From Candidatus Omnitrophota bacterium (GTDB lineage: Bacteria; Omnitrophota; Gorgyraeia; Gygaellales; Profunditerraquicolaceae): a DNA stretch of 64,000 bases. Positions 57,207 through 64,000 of this stretch are shown in pieces (the first letter of the stretch is position 1; each line of letters begins with the position of its first letter). The notes under the pieces are model-generated. The model saw only the letters and a list, made by a program, of their open reading frames with translations, ran no database searches and had not been told where the DNA came from. The DNA is taken from the NCBI GenBank assembly GCA_028716965.1, contig JAQUOV010000004.1, positions 8,377 through 72,376 on the forward strand, in the 5' to 3' direction. The translations under genes and the position numbers were made by a program.

Positions 57207-58018
57207 TGCATGAGGTTAGCGCGGGGAATATAAAATTCGGGGCCGGCAATCCGCTCGTGCTTATTGCCGGGCCTTGTGTTATTGAGTCGGAAAGCTCATG
57301 CCTTAAGGCTGCCGGAAGGATTAAGGCGATCGTTTCTTCCTGCGGGGTCCCGTTTGTTTTTAAATCCAGCTTTGATAAGGCCAACCGGCTTTCCGGAGAT
57401 TCTTACCGCGGCCCGGGCCTAAGCAAGGGTTTGGTTATTTTGAAAAAAGTAAAGCAGCAGTTAAAGGTCCCTGTTTTAAGCGATGTGCACTGCGCAAAGG
57501 ATATGCCTGCGGCCGCTGAAGTGCTGGATATTATCCAGATACCGGCTTTTTTGTGCCGTCAGACGGATATTGTATTGGCAGCCGCAAAAACCGGCAAGGT
57601 GGTCAATATAAAGAAAGGCCAGTTCCTTGCGCCCTGGGATATTTTACCCATCATCAAAAAGGTGGAATCCGCCGGGAATAAGAAGATATTGATTACGGAA
57701 AGAGGGGTAAGTTTTGGTTATAATAACCTGGTTACGGATTACCGCAGCCTTTCGATTATGCGTAATTTCGGGTATCCGGTAATTTACGATGCTACCCACA
57801 GCGTGCAGCTTCCCGGCGGGAAAGGCACCTGTTCAGGCGGGCAAAGCGAATTTGTTGCGGGGTTATCCAGGGCAGCCGTAGCTTTCGGCTGCGACGGGCT
57901 GTTCCTTGAGGTGCATGTTGACCCTAAAAGCGCGCCTTGCGACGGAGCGAACATGATTAATTTCAGCAAGCTGGAAGCCTTATTGAAACAAATCAGAAAG
58001 ATCGAGAGAGCATTATGA
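57206..58018 (+). CDS. kdsA: 2-dehydro-3-deoxyphosphooctonate aldolase (Kdo-8-P synthase)
   Basis: LIAGPCVIES, DATHSVQLPGG and KGTCSGGQSEF motifs of KdsA. Confidence 0.9.
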   Translation: MHEVSAGNIKFGAGNPLVLIAGPCVIESESSCLKAAGRIKAIVSSCGVPFVFKSSFDKANRLSGDSYRGPGLSKGLVILKKVKQQLKVPVLSDVHCAKDMPAAAEVLDIIQIPAFLCRQTDIVLAAAKTGKVVNIKKGQFLAPWDILPIIKKVESAGNKKILITERGVSFGYNNLVTDYRSLSIMRNFGYPVIYDATHSVQLPGGKGTCSGGQSEFVAGLSRAAVAFGCDGLFLEVHVDPKSAPCDGANMINFSKLEALLKQIRKIERAL

Positions 58019-58160
58019 ACCCCCGCACCTTCTGTAAATTCAAGTATCAGGAGAATACGGCTTAATGATTTAAATAAGAATGAAGGTTCCGGGATAAGTT
58101 GGTTTGAGGTTAAGATTTAAGATTTGAATGAATTCATAGGAGGAAGGTGCTGGGTGAAGA
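58014..58160 (+). repeat. Family A junction element, copy A6 (with duplicated right arm)
   Basis: TATGAACCCCCGCACCTTCTGTAAATTCAAG ... AATAAGAATGAAGGTTCCGGGATAAG ... GGAGGAAGGTGCTGGGTGAAG. Extra C breaks the micro-ORF frame. Confidence 0.7.
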
Positions 58161-59122
58161 TAAACGTGATTAAACGGGCAAAAGAGGTCCTGGATATTGA
58201 GGCGCAAGCAATCAGGCTGCTTAAGGGCCGTCTGGATAAGGGGTTTGTTAAGGCAGTGGAATTAATCCTTAAGAATAAAGGCCGGGTCGTAGTCAGCGGT
58301 ATGGGCAAGACCGGCATTATCGCGCAAAAACTTTCCGCCACCCTTGCTTCTACCGGCACGCCCAGTTTGTTTATGCATACGGCAGAAGCCATTCACGGAG
58401 ACCTGGGAAAGGTTACCGATGATGATGTAGTGGTCATTCTTTCCAACAGCGGCTCGACGGAGGAGATGAAACAACTGCTGCCTTTGCTTAAAAAAATAGG
58501 CTCGCCGATTATTTCGCTCACCGGAAATTTAAAATCAGTGCTTGCCAGGCACAGTGATGTGGTCCTGGATGTTTCAGTTGAAAAAGAGGCCTGTCCGTTA
58601 GGATTGGCGCCTACGGCTTCCACTACCGCTACTTTGGCGATGGCGGATGCTTTGGCAGTGTGTCTTTTGGAGTTAAAAGGGTTTAAGGAAAAAGATTTTG
58701 CTTTTTTCCATCCCGGAGGGGCTTTAGGCAGGCGCCTGCTTTTAAAGGTTGAGGATATTATGCGCCGGGCGCATGGCAACGCCGTGGTGGATGAGCATAA
58801 AAAAGTTTCACAGGTCTTATGCGCGATTACCCGCGCCCGGGCAGGTTCGGCAACAGTCGTGGATAAACGCGGTAAATTAAAAGGCATTTTTACCGACGGA
58901 GACTTGCGCCGGCACCTGGAGAGCGATAAGGATTTGACTAATCGTGCGGTCAAAGAGGTAATGACCAGGAACCCTACCGTTGTCAATAAGGATATGCTGG
59001 CCGCAGAGGCAATGCGCATATTACAGGCTAAGAAAATAGATGAGGTGCCCGTAGTAGACAAGTTTATGCGTCCGGTGGGTTTGTTAGATGTGCAGGACCT
59101 GCTTAAGGCAGGCCTGGTTTAA
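58154..59122 (+). CDS. kdsD: Arabinose-5-phosphate isomerase (SIS + tandem CBS), KdsD/GutQ type
   Basis: Start taken as GTG 58154 (MKINVIKRAKE...) by analogy with the other junction elements; an in-frame ATG at 58124 is also possible. SIS motif VVVSGMGKTGIIAQK, tandem CBS domains at the C-terminus. Confidence 0.8.
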   Translation: MKINVIKRAKEVLDIEAQAIRLLKGRLDKGFVKAVELILKNKGRVVVSGMGKTGIIAQKLSATLASTGTPSLFMHTAEAIHGDLGKVTDDDVVVILSNSGSTEEMKQLLPLLKKIGSPIISLTGNLKSVLARHSDVVLDVSVEKEACPLGLAPTASTTATLAMADALAVCLLELKGFKEKDFAFFHPGGALGRRLLLKVEDIMRRAHGNAVVDEHKKVSQVLCAITRARAGSATVVDKRGKLKGIFTDGDLRRHLESDKDLTNRAVKEVMTRNPTVVNKDMLAAEAMRILQAKKIDEVPVVDKFMRPVGLLDVQDLLKAGLV

Positions 59123-59124
59123 CC

Positions 59125-59667
59125 ATGCTTGATAAAATAACAAAAAAAGAGTTGAAGAGGCGCCTGGGGAAGATCAGGCTGCTTTTGCTGGATGTCGACG
59201 GCGTCTTGACCGACGGCAGGATAATCTACGATTCGCAGGGTGGTGAGCTTAAATTTTTTGATGTGCACGACGGCCTGGGGGTTTTCGTTTTGCGTAAAGC
59301 AGGGATCCCTACGATTTTGATTACCGCCAAAGGCTCCAGGGCCATTTTGCCGCGCGCCAGAGATATGGGGGTGGCCGAAGTCTTCTCCGATATCTTTCCT
59401 AAGACCGCGGTGCTGGGAAAGATTATCAGGAGATACAAAGTTTCGGTAGATGAGATTTGTTTTGTGGGGGATGACCTGGTGGACCTTTCGCTGATGCGTG
59501 AAGTGGGCTTACCGGTAGCAGTAGGTAATGCTTCCGGCGAAATAAAGGAAGCTGCGCTTTATGTAACCACCCATACGGGCGGCCGCGGCGCCGTCAGGGA
59601 GGTAGCCGAAATGATCATTAAATCGCAGGGCAAGTGGAAAGATATCTTAAAATTTTATGGCGTTTAG
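59125..59667 (+). CDS. kdsC: 3-deoxy-D-manno-octulosonate 8-phosphate phosphatase
   Basis: HAD motif LLLLDVDGVLTDG; GDDLVDL motif. Confidence 0.85.
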   Translation: MLDKITKKELKRRLGKIRLLLLDVDGVLTDGRIIYDSQGGELKFFDVHDGLGVFVLRKAGIPTILITAKGSRAILPRARDMGVAEVFSDIFPKTAVLGKIIRRYKVSVDEICFVGDDLVDLSLMREVGLPVAVGNASGEIKEAALYVTTHTGGRGAVREVAEMIIKSQGKWKDILKFYGV

Positions 59668-60553
59668 GAAGTTCGTATTCTTAACCTTAGCCTTTATATT
59701 CTTTTCCGGGAGTTCTTTCGCGGTTGAAACCGATAAGGCAATAAACGAAGATAAAGATTCCGGCCAGCAGATCGGTGATTTCTCTCTCTCCGGGTACGGA
59801 GAGAAGGGGAAGAAGGCCTGGGACTTAGCCGGAAAATCAGCGGATATATATAATGAAGTAGTCAAACTTAAAGAGGTAGTGGGCAACCATTACGCGGATA
59901 AAGATGAGATTAACCTTACCGCCGATAACGGGGATTTCAACAAGAGCAGCGGGGTGGTGCATTTAGAAAATAATGTGGTAATCACCACTTCTAACGGCGC
60001 AAAACTCACTACTGATTCCCTGGATTGGGACCGCAAGCAGCAGATAGTCAGCACATTGGATAAAATCAGCCTCAAGCGCCCGGATATGAACCTTACCGGA
60101 GAAGGCGCGATAGGCCAGACCGCCCTTAAACAGATGTCCCTGGAAAAAAATGTGCGCCTGGATATTGAGCCTTTAGATAAACAGAAGGGGAAGAAAAATA
60201 AGATCATCATTATCTGTGACGGCCCCCTGGAGGTGAATTACGAAAAAAATATTGCCATATTTAATAATAATGTTAAAGTAGAAACGCCGGATTTGACCAT
60301 GTATAGCGATAAGATGCGGGTTTATTTTACTCCCAAACAGGAAGGCTTAAAGAAGGATGCCGATCCTGCGGGGATGTCCAGTTCCATCAATAAAATTATT
60401 GCCCAGGGGAATGTGCGTATATTACGCGGCGAAAATACTTCTTTCAGCCAGGAGGCTGTCTATACCGCCCTGGATAAAAGGATAGTTTTGACCGGCAGGC
60501 CGCAGATAGAGATTTATCAGACGGAGAATTTGAATGCAGCTTTTGGAAACTAA
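59657..60553 (+). CDS. LPS export periplasmic protein, LptC/LptA (OstA-like) family
   Basis: Signal/anchor MAFRKFVFLTLAFIFFSGSSFA. Repeated beta-jellyroll OstA-like segments (VHLENNVVITTSNGAKLTTDSLDWD; AIFNNNVKVETPDLTMYSDKMRVYF). Directly upstream of lptB. Confidence 0.6.
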   Translation: MAFRKFVFLTLAFIFFSGSSFAVETDKAINEDKDSGQQIGDFSLSGYGEKGKKAWDLAGKSADIYNEVVKLKEVVGNHYADKDEINLTADNGDFNKSSGVVHLENNVVITTSNGAKLTTDSLDWDRKQQIVSTLDKISLKRPDMNLTGEGAIGQTALKQMSLEKNVRLDIEPLDKQKGKKNKIIIICDGPLEVNYEKNIAIFNNNVKVETPDLTMYSDKMRVYFTPKQEGLKKDADPAGMSSSINKIIAQGNVRILRGENTSFSQEAVYTALDKRIVLTGRPQIEIYQTENLNAAFGN

Positions 60554-61256
60554 AGGTTTAGCCAAGTCTTACGACGGCCGGACGGTAGTCAACGGAGTGG
60601 ATATTACGGTCAAGCGGGGAGAGATCGTCGGTTTATTGGGGCCTAACGGCGCGGGAAAGACCACGACTTTTTACATGATCGTAGGCATTGTCCCGCCGAA
60701 GTGCGGTACGATTGTTTTTGACAACCATGAAATTACGAACCTGCCGATCCATGAACGCGCGCGTTTCGGTATCGGTTATCTTTCCCAGGAGGCTTCCATA
60801 TTCCGGAAGCTGACGGTTGCGGAAAACATAAATGCGATCCTGGAAACACTTCCCCTCAGCCGTTCGCAGAGGAAGCGCAGGCTGGTTTCCCTGCTGGAAG
60901 AATTGAATATCGCGCATTTGGCTAAAAACAAGGCATACACCTTAAGCGGAGGGGAAAGGAGGCGCCTTGAGATTACCCGCGCGCTTGTGACCAACCCTTC
61001 TTTTATACTTTTGGATGAACCTTTTTCCGGCATTGACCCTATAGTAGTAAACGAGGCCCAGGAGATTATCAAGGAACTGAAGGCAAAGGGGCTGGGGATT
61101 TTATTAACCGATCATAATGTGCGCGAGACCCTGGCTATAACTGACCGGGCATATTTGATCGCCGACGGCTCTATTCTCATTTCAGGCACGGCGCATGAGT
61201 TGATTAACCATCCGCGCGCGCGCCAGGTTTACCTGGGGGAGAAGTTTAGAATGTGA
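60534..61256 (+). CDS. lptB: LPS export ABC transporter ATP-binding protein
   Basis: Walker A GPNGAGKTT, signature LSGGERRRLEI, Walker B ILLDEPFSGID. Confidence 0.9.
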   Translation: MQLLETKGLAKSYDGRTVVNGVDITVKRGEIVGLLGPNGAGKTTTFYMIVGIVPPKCGTIVFDNHEITNLPIHERARFGIGYLSQEASIFRKLTVAENINAILETLPLSRSQRKRRLVSLLEELNIAHLAKNKAYTLSGGERRRLEITRALVTNPSFILLDEPFSGIDPIVVNEAQEIIKELKAKGLGILLTDHNVRETLAITDRAYLIADGSILISGTAHELINHPRARQVYLGEKFRM

Positions 61257-61260
61257 GTGA

Positions 61261-61304
61261 GGCCACGACTTAGCGAGCGGTAAGCGAAGCTAAGTCGTTT
61301 GGCC
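61261..61304 (+). terminator. Stem-loop after lptB (possible terminator/processing hairpin; no U-tract)
   Basis: GGCCACGACTTAGC gagcggtaagcgaa GCTAAGTCGTTTGGCC; 14-bp stem with one bulge. Confidence 0.35.
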
Positions 61305-61322
61305 GAACTCATACCCGCGAAT

Positions 61323-61352
61323 GCGTGAAAATTTTAGTTAAAATTTTCACGC
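61323..61352 (+). promoter_or_regulatory. Perfect 14-bp-arm palindrome upstream of tig-clpP (candidate operator)
   Basis: GCGTGAAAATTTTA GT TAAAATTTTCACGC. Arms are exact reverse complements; located about 55 nt upstream of the tig ATG. Confidence 0.4.
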
Positions 61353-61405
61353 AGAATCTGAGCGGGTATATTGTATTAATAAAGAAAAAATACGAAAGGA
61401 TTCAA

Positions 61406-62284
61406 ATGAAAACTGAAGTAAAGAAATTAGATAGCACTAAATATGAGTTAAATGTAGCGGTAAGCGGTGAACTGGTCAAGAATAAATTTGATCTGGTCTT
61501 CTCCCAGGTGGCAAAAGAAGCAAAGGTGCCGGGCTTCCGGCCGGGTAAAGCTCCGCGTGATGTTTTAGAAAAACATTATTCTTCTTCTATCCGCCAGCAG
61601 GTCTTAAAGGAGCTTGTCCCGGATGTGTATAATCAGGCGGTTACGGCGGAAAAACTTGACGTGATCGAACTGCCGCAGATAAGCGATGTGAAGCTGGACA
61701 ATAATAACCTTTCTTTTAAGGCGGTAGTTGAGGTAACTCCGGAGATTGCGATTAAGGATTATAAGAAGCAAAAGATAAATTACAAGATAGTATCGGTAAG
61801 CGCCGATGAAGTCAAGAAGCAGATTGATTCCGTTAAGCAGTCGCGCAAAGCGGAAGTTTTAGACGATAAATTCTGCCGCTCTTTGGGTTATCCCAGCCTG
61901 GCGGAGTTCGAGAAGGCAGTGGAAAGGCAGATTTTTATTTCCAAGGAAAACCAAGAGCGCCAGCGCATTGAGAATGAATTCATCGCTGACCTCTTGAAGG
62001 GTTTAGAATTTAAACTGCCGGAAAGCCTGGTCGCCCGGCAGACAGAGGATATGCTGCGTCAGGCAAAATTGGATTTGGCGATGAAGGGTATCCCGCGGGA
62101 TAAGATCGAGGAGCAGGAGAAGATGATCCTGGAAGGGATAGAGCCGCAGGCTAAAAAACAGGTTAAGGTTTATCTGGTTTTAGCCCAGATTGCCAAGAAA
62201 GAGGGTATTGCCGTAGATGACCACATGCCGGCTAAGGTAATGGAGTTTTTGTTAAGCCATGCGGATTGGCAGGAAACTAATTAA
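61406..62284 (+). CDS. tig: Trigger factor, short form lacking the central PPIase (FKBP) domain
   Basis: Start ATG 61406 after AAAGGA. N-terminal ribosome-binding domain with GFRPGKAP signature. C-terminal arm domain follows directly, giving 292 aa versus about 430 in canonical TF. Confidence 0.8.
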   Translation: MKTEVKKLDSTKYELNVAVSGELVKNKFDLVFSQVAKEAKVPGFRPGKAPRDVLEKHYSSSIRQQVLKELVPDVYNQAVTAEKLDVIELPQISDVKLDNNNLSFKAVVEVTPEIAIKDYKKQKINYKIVSVSADEVKKQIDSVKQSRKAEVLDDKFCRSLGYPSLAEFEKAVERQIFISKENQERQRIENEFIADLLKGLEFKLPESLVARQTEDMLRQAKLDLAMKGIPRDKIEEQEKMILEGIEPQAKKQVKVYLVLAQIAKKEGIAVDDHMPAKVMEFLLSHADWQETN

Positions 62285-62297
62285 AGCGGAGGATACT

Positions 62298-62903
62298 ATG
62301 GAGACAAAAATGCAGACACTGGTTCCGATGGTAATTGAACAAACCGCCAGAGGCTATGAACGCGCTTACGATATTTATTCACGCCTTTTAAAAGACCGCA
62401 TTGTTTTTATCGGCACGCCCATTGATGATTATGTGGCCAACCTGGTGATTGCCCAGATGCTTTTTTTGCAGATGGAAGAGAAGGATAAGGACATTAATAT
62501 ATATATCAATTCGCCCGGAGGTTCGGTTACCGCCGGCCTGGCGATATATGATACCATGCAGTTCATAAAATGCGACGTGGCAACCTATTGCGTGGGCCAG
62601 GCAGCCAGCATGGGAGCGATCCTGTTGGCGGCAGGGACCCGGGGGAAACGTTTTGTTCTTCCTAATTCGCGCATAATGATCCATCAGCCCTGGGGCGGGG
62701 TGCAGGGGGCGGCAGCCGATATATCCATCCAGGCCAAGGAGATCTTAAAGTTGCGCGATAAAATTAATGAGATCCTGGCGCAGCATACCTCCCAGCCGCT
62801 GGACAAGATACAAAAGGATACGGACAGGGATTATTTCATGTCCGCTCAAGAGGCAAAGGATTACGGGATAATTGATGAAGTAGTATTAAACAACAAGAAA
62901 TAA
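62298..62903 (+). CDS. clpP: ATP-dependent Clp protease proteolytic subunit
   Basis: Start ATG 62298 after GGAGGA. Catalytic Ser in GQAASMGA, His in MIHQP; INSPGGSV motif. Confidence 0.92.
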   Translation: METKMQTLVPMVIEQTARGYERAYDIYSRLLKDRIVFIGTPIDDYVANLVIAQMLFLQMEEKDKDINIYINSPGGSVTAGLAIYDTMQFIKCDVATYCVGQAASMGAILLAAGTRGKRFVLPNSRIMIHQPWGGVQGAAADISIQAKEILKLRDKINEILAQHTSQPLDKIQKDTDRDYFMSAQEAKDYGIIDEVVLNNKK

Positions 62904-62918
62904 AAAAGGGGAATGAAA

Positions 62919-64000
62919 GATGAGAAAAAATTATTTGCTAACACCGGGTCCGACTCCGCTGCCGCCTGAAGTATGCCAGGCTTTGGGTAAACCGATTATC
63001 CATCACCGTACACCGCAGTTTCAGGCAATACTTAAAGAGGCCGGCGAAGGGTTAAAATATGTGTTTCAGACACAGTCGGATGTCTTTATCCTTACCTCAT
63101 CCGGTACAGGCGCGATGGAGGCAGCGGTAGCGAACCTGCTTTCAGCGCAGGAGATTGCGATTACCGTCGAAGGCGGTAAGTTTGGAGAACGCTGGACAGA
63201 GTTATGCAAAAGTTACGGCGTGCAGGCAGAGGTAATTAAGGTTGAATGGGGCAAGGCAGTGGACCCCGCAGAGATCGAGAAGCGCCTTAAGAATAATCCG
63301 GATATAAAAGCCGTTTTTACCACGCTTTGCGAAACATCTACCGGAGTGGTCAGCGATATTGAGGCAATCGGCAAGGTTGTGGCTAAATATAATGCGGTCC
63401 TGGTCGTGGATGCGATCAGCGGCCTGGGAGCTATTGATTTAAAAACCGATGCCTGGGGTGTTGATGTCTGCGTTTCAGGTTCACAAAAAGGTTTTATGCT
63501 TCCCCCCGGACTTGCCTTTATATCCGTAAGCAAGAAGGCGTGGGATTTGATCGCCGTTTCCAAAAGCCCAAGGTTTTATTTTGATTTAAAGGCAGCTAAA
63601 AAAGCAATTCAAAGCGTAGATACCCCTTTTACTCCGGCGATCTCGCTGGTTATCGCTTTAGTAGAGGTGTTAAAAATTATGAAACAGGACGGCCTGGATA
63701 ATATATTCAAGCGCCATAGGATTATGGCCGACGCTACCAAGGCTGCCATGAAGGCATTAGGCCTGGAGCTGTTTGCGCCCAGCGCTTCTTCAGACGTAGT
63801 CACCGCGGTAAAAGTCCCTGCCGGTGTTGAAGGGGAGAAACTGGTTAAAACCATGCGCGATGTTTACGGGGTAACTATCGCCGGCGGCCAGGCGGAGTTA
63901 AAAGGAAAGGTCTTCAGGTTTGCCCATATGGGGTTTATTGAAGAGTTTGATATTATCGCCGGTATCGCCTGCCTGGAGAAGGTTTTGAAAGAGGCGGGGT
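62919..64000 (+). CDS. Class V aminotransferase (serine-pyruvate / alanine-glyoxylate aminotransferase family), 3' end beyond the window
   Basis: Open frame from ATG 62919 with no stop before 64000 (not in the ORF track because it is unterminated). N-terminus LLTPGPTPLPPEV and PLP-lysine region VSGSQKGFMLPPGLAF typical of AGXT/SPT-type enzymes. Confidence 0.8.

Noticed and set aside
58124-58153. ATG 58124 as the kdsD start (as in the ORF track)
   Set aside because: It reads through the right arm of repeat A6. By analogy with four other copies where the arm-internal GTG is the downstream start, and given GGAGGA 10 nt upstream, GTG 58154 is preferred. The longer form cannot be excluded.
18171-58160. 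Family A repeats considered as a CRISPR array
   Set aside because: Copies are 0.5-30 kb apart, each is itself an inverted-repeat pair around a variable core, and they sit between genes. Not a regularly spaced direct-repeat array; no cas genes.
585-63854. Numerous minus-strand ORFs of 60-230 aa in the track that lie entirely inside the long + strand genes (for example 12942-13565, 15571-16200, 20769-21458, 25698-26297, 31165-31824, 41559-42407, 48130-48717, 58393-59061)
   Set aside because: Each overlaps a + strand gene with strong family signatures. They have no RBS, give low-complexity or Ser/Pro-rich translations, and arise from GC-skewed antisense frames. Treated as spurious.
1-64000. rRNA, tmRNA, RNase P, SRP or 6S RNA genes in intergenic gaps
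   Set aside because: All gaps longer than 150 nt are accounted for by the repeat families or AT-rich promoters. No conserved-motif matches seen.

Overview
This 64-kb window is a chromosomal segment from what looks like an uncultivated diderm bacterium, about 48% GC overall. Every confident gene is on the + strand except one Ski2-like helicase. Gene content, called from motifs and recognisable family signatures in the ORF translations:
- A de novo purine operon: purB, a purS-purL fusion, a LOG-family gene, purQ, purF, purM, then purD and purE further on.
- A Bacillus-like TsaC-LMW-PTP fusion followed by rpiB and glyA.
- dCMP deaminase, nrdR, a CCA-adding enzyme, an AsmA-like protein, nth, a YjbQ protein, a Macro-Nudix fusion, thermonuclease, aroC, spoVG, aroK, dprA-topA-xerC, waaA, greA, two further CDA-fold deaminases, a UbiA prenyltransferase, a chagasin-like inhibitor, OsmC, a STAS-PilZ fusion, a HAD hydrolase and a Gdt1-like transporter.
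- A large lipid A / Kdo / heptose LPS-core block with several domain fusions (lpxK, LpxL-ELM1, GT4-GT9, GT4, GT9, GT9-GT9, DHS-like, hldE kinase, kdsB/A/D/C), then lptC/A-lptB, tig, clpP and a class V aminotransferase that runs off the window end.
The most unusual content is non-genic. At least five families of palindromic repeats are present, about 15 copies in 64 kb.
- Family A is a YhbQ-like GIY-YIG gene flanked by about 25-bp terminal inverted repeats, sitting seamlessly between two genes with ATGA and GTGA stop/start overlaps on either side. Five shorter copies of the same ends lie at other overlapping stop/start gene junctions. Two of them retain in-frame micro-ORFs.
- Family B is a 73-nt nested hairpin present twice, with compensatory base changes between the copies.
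- Families C and D are MITE-like hairpin elements of about 220 bp. A pile-up of C and D sits next to an AT-rich (about 30% GC), apparently foreign membrane-protein gene.
- Family E is a 73-nt terminator-like hairpin.
No rRNA, tRNA or CRISPR array was seen.
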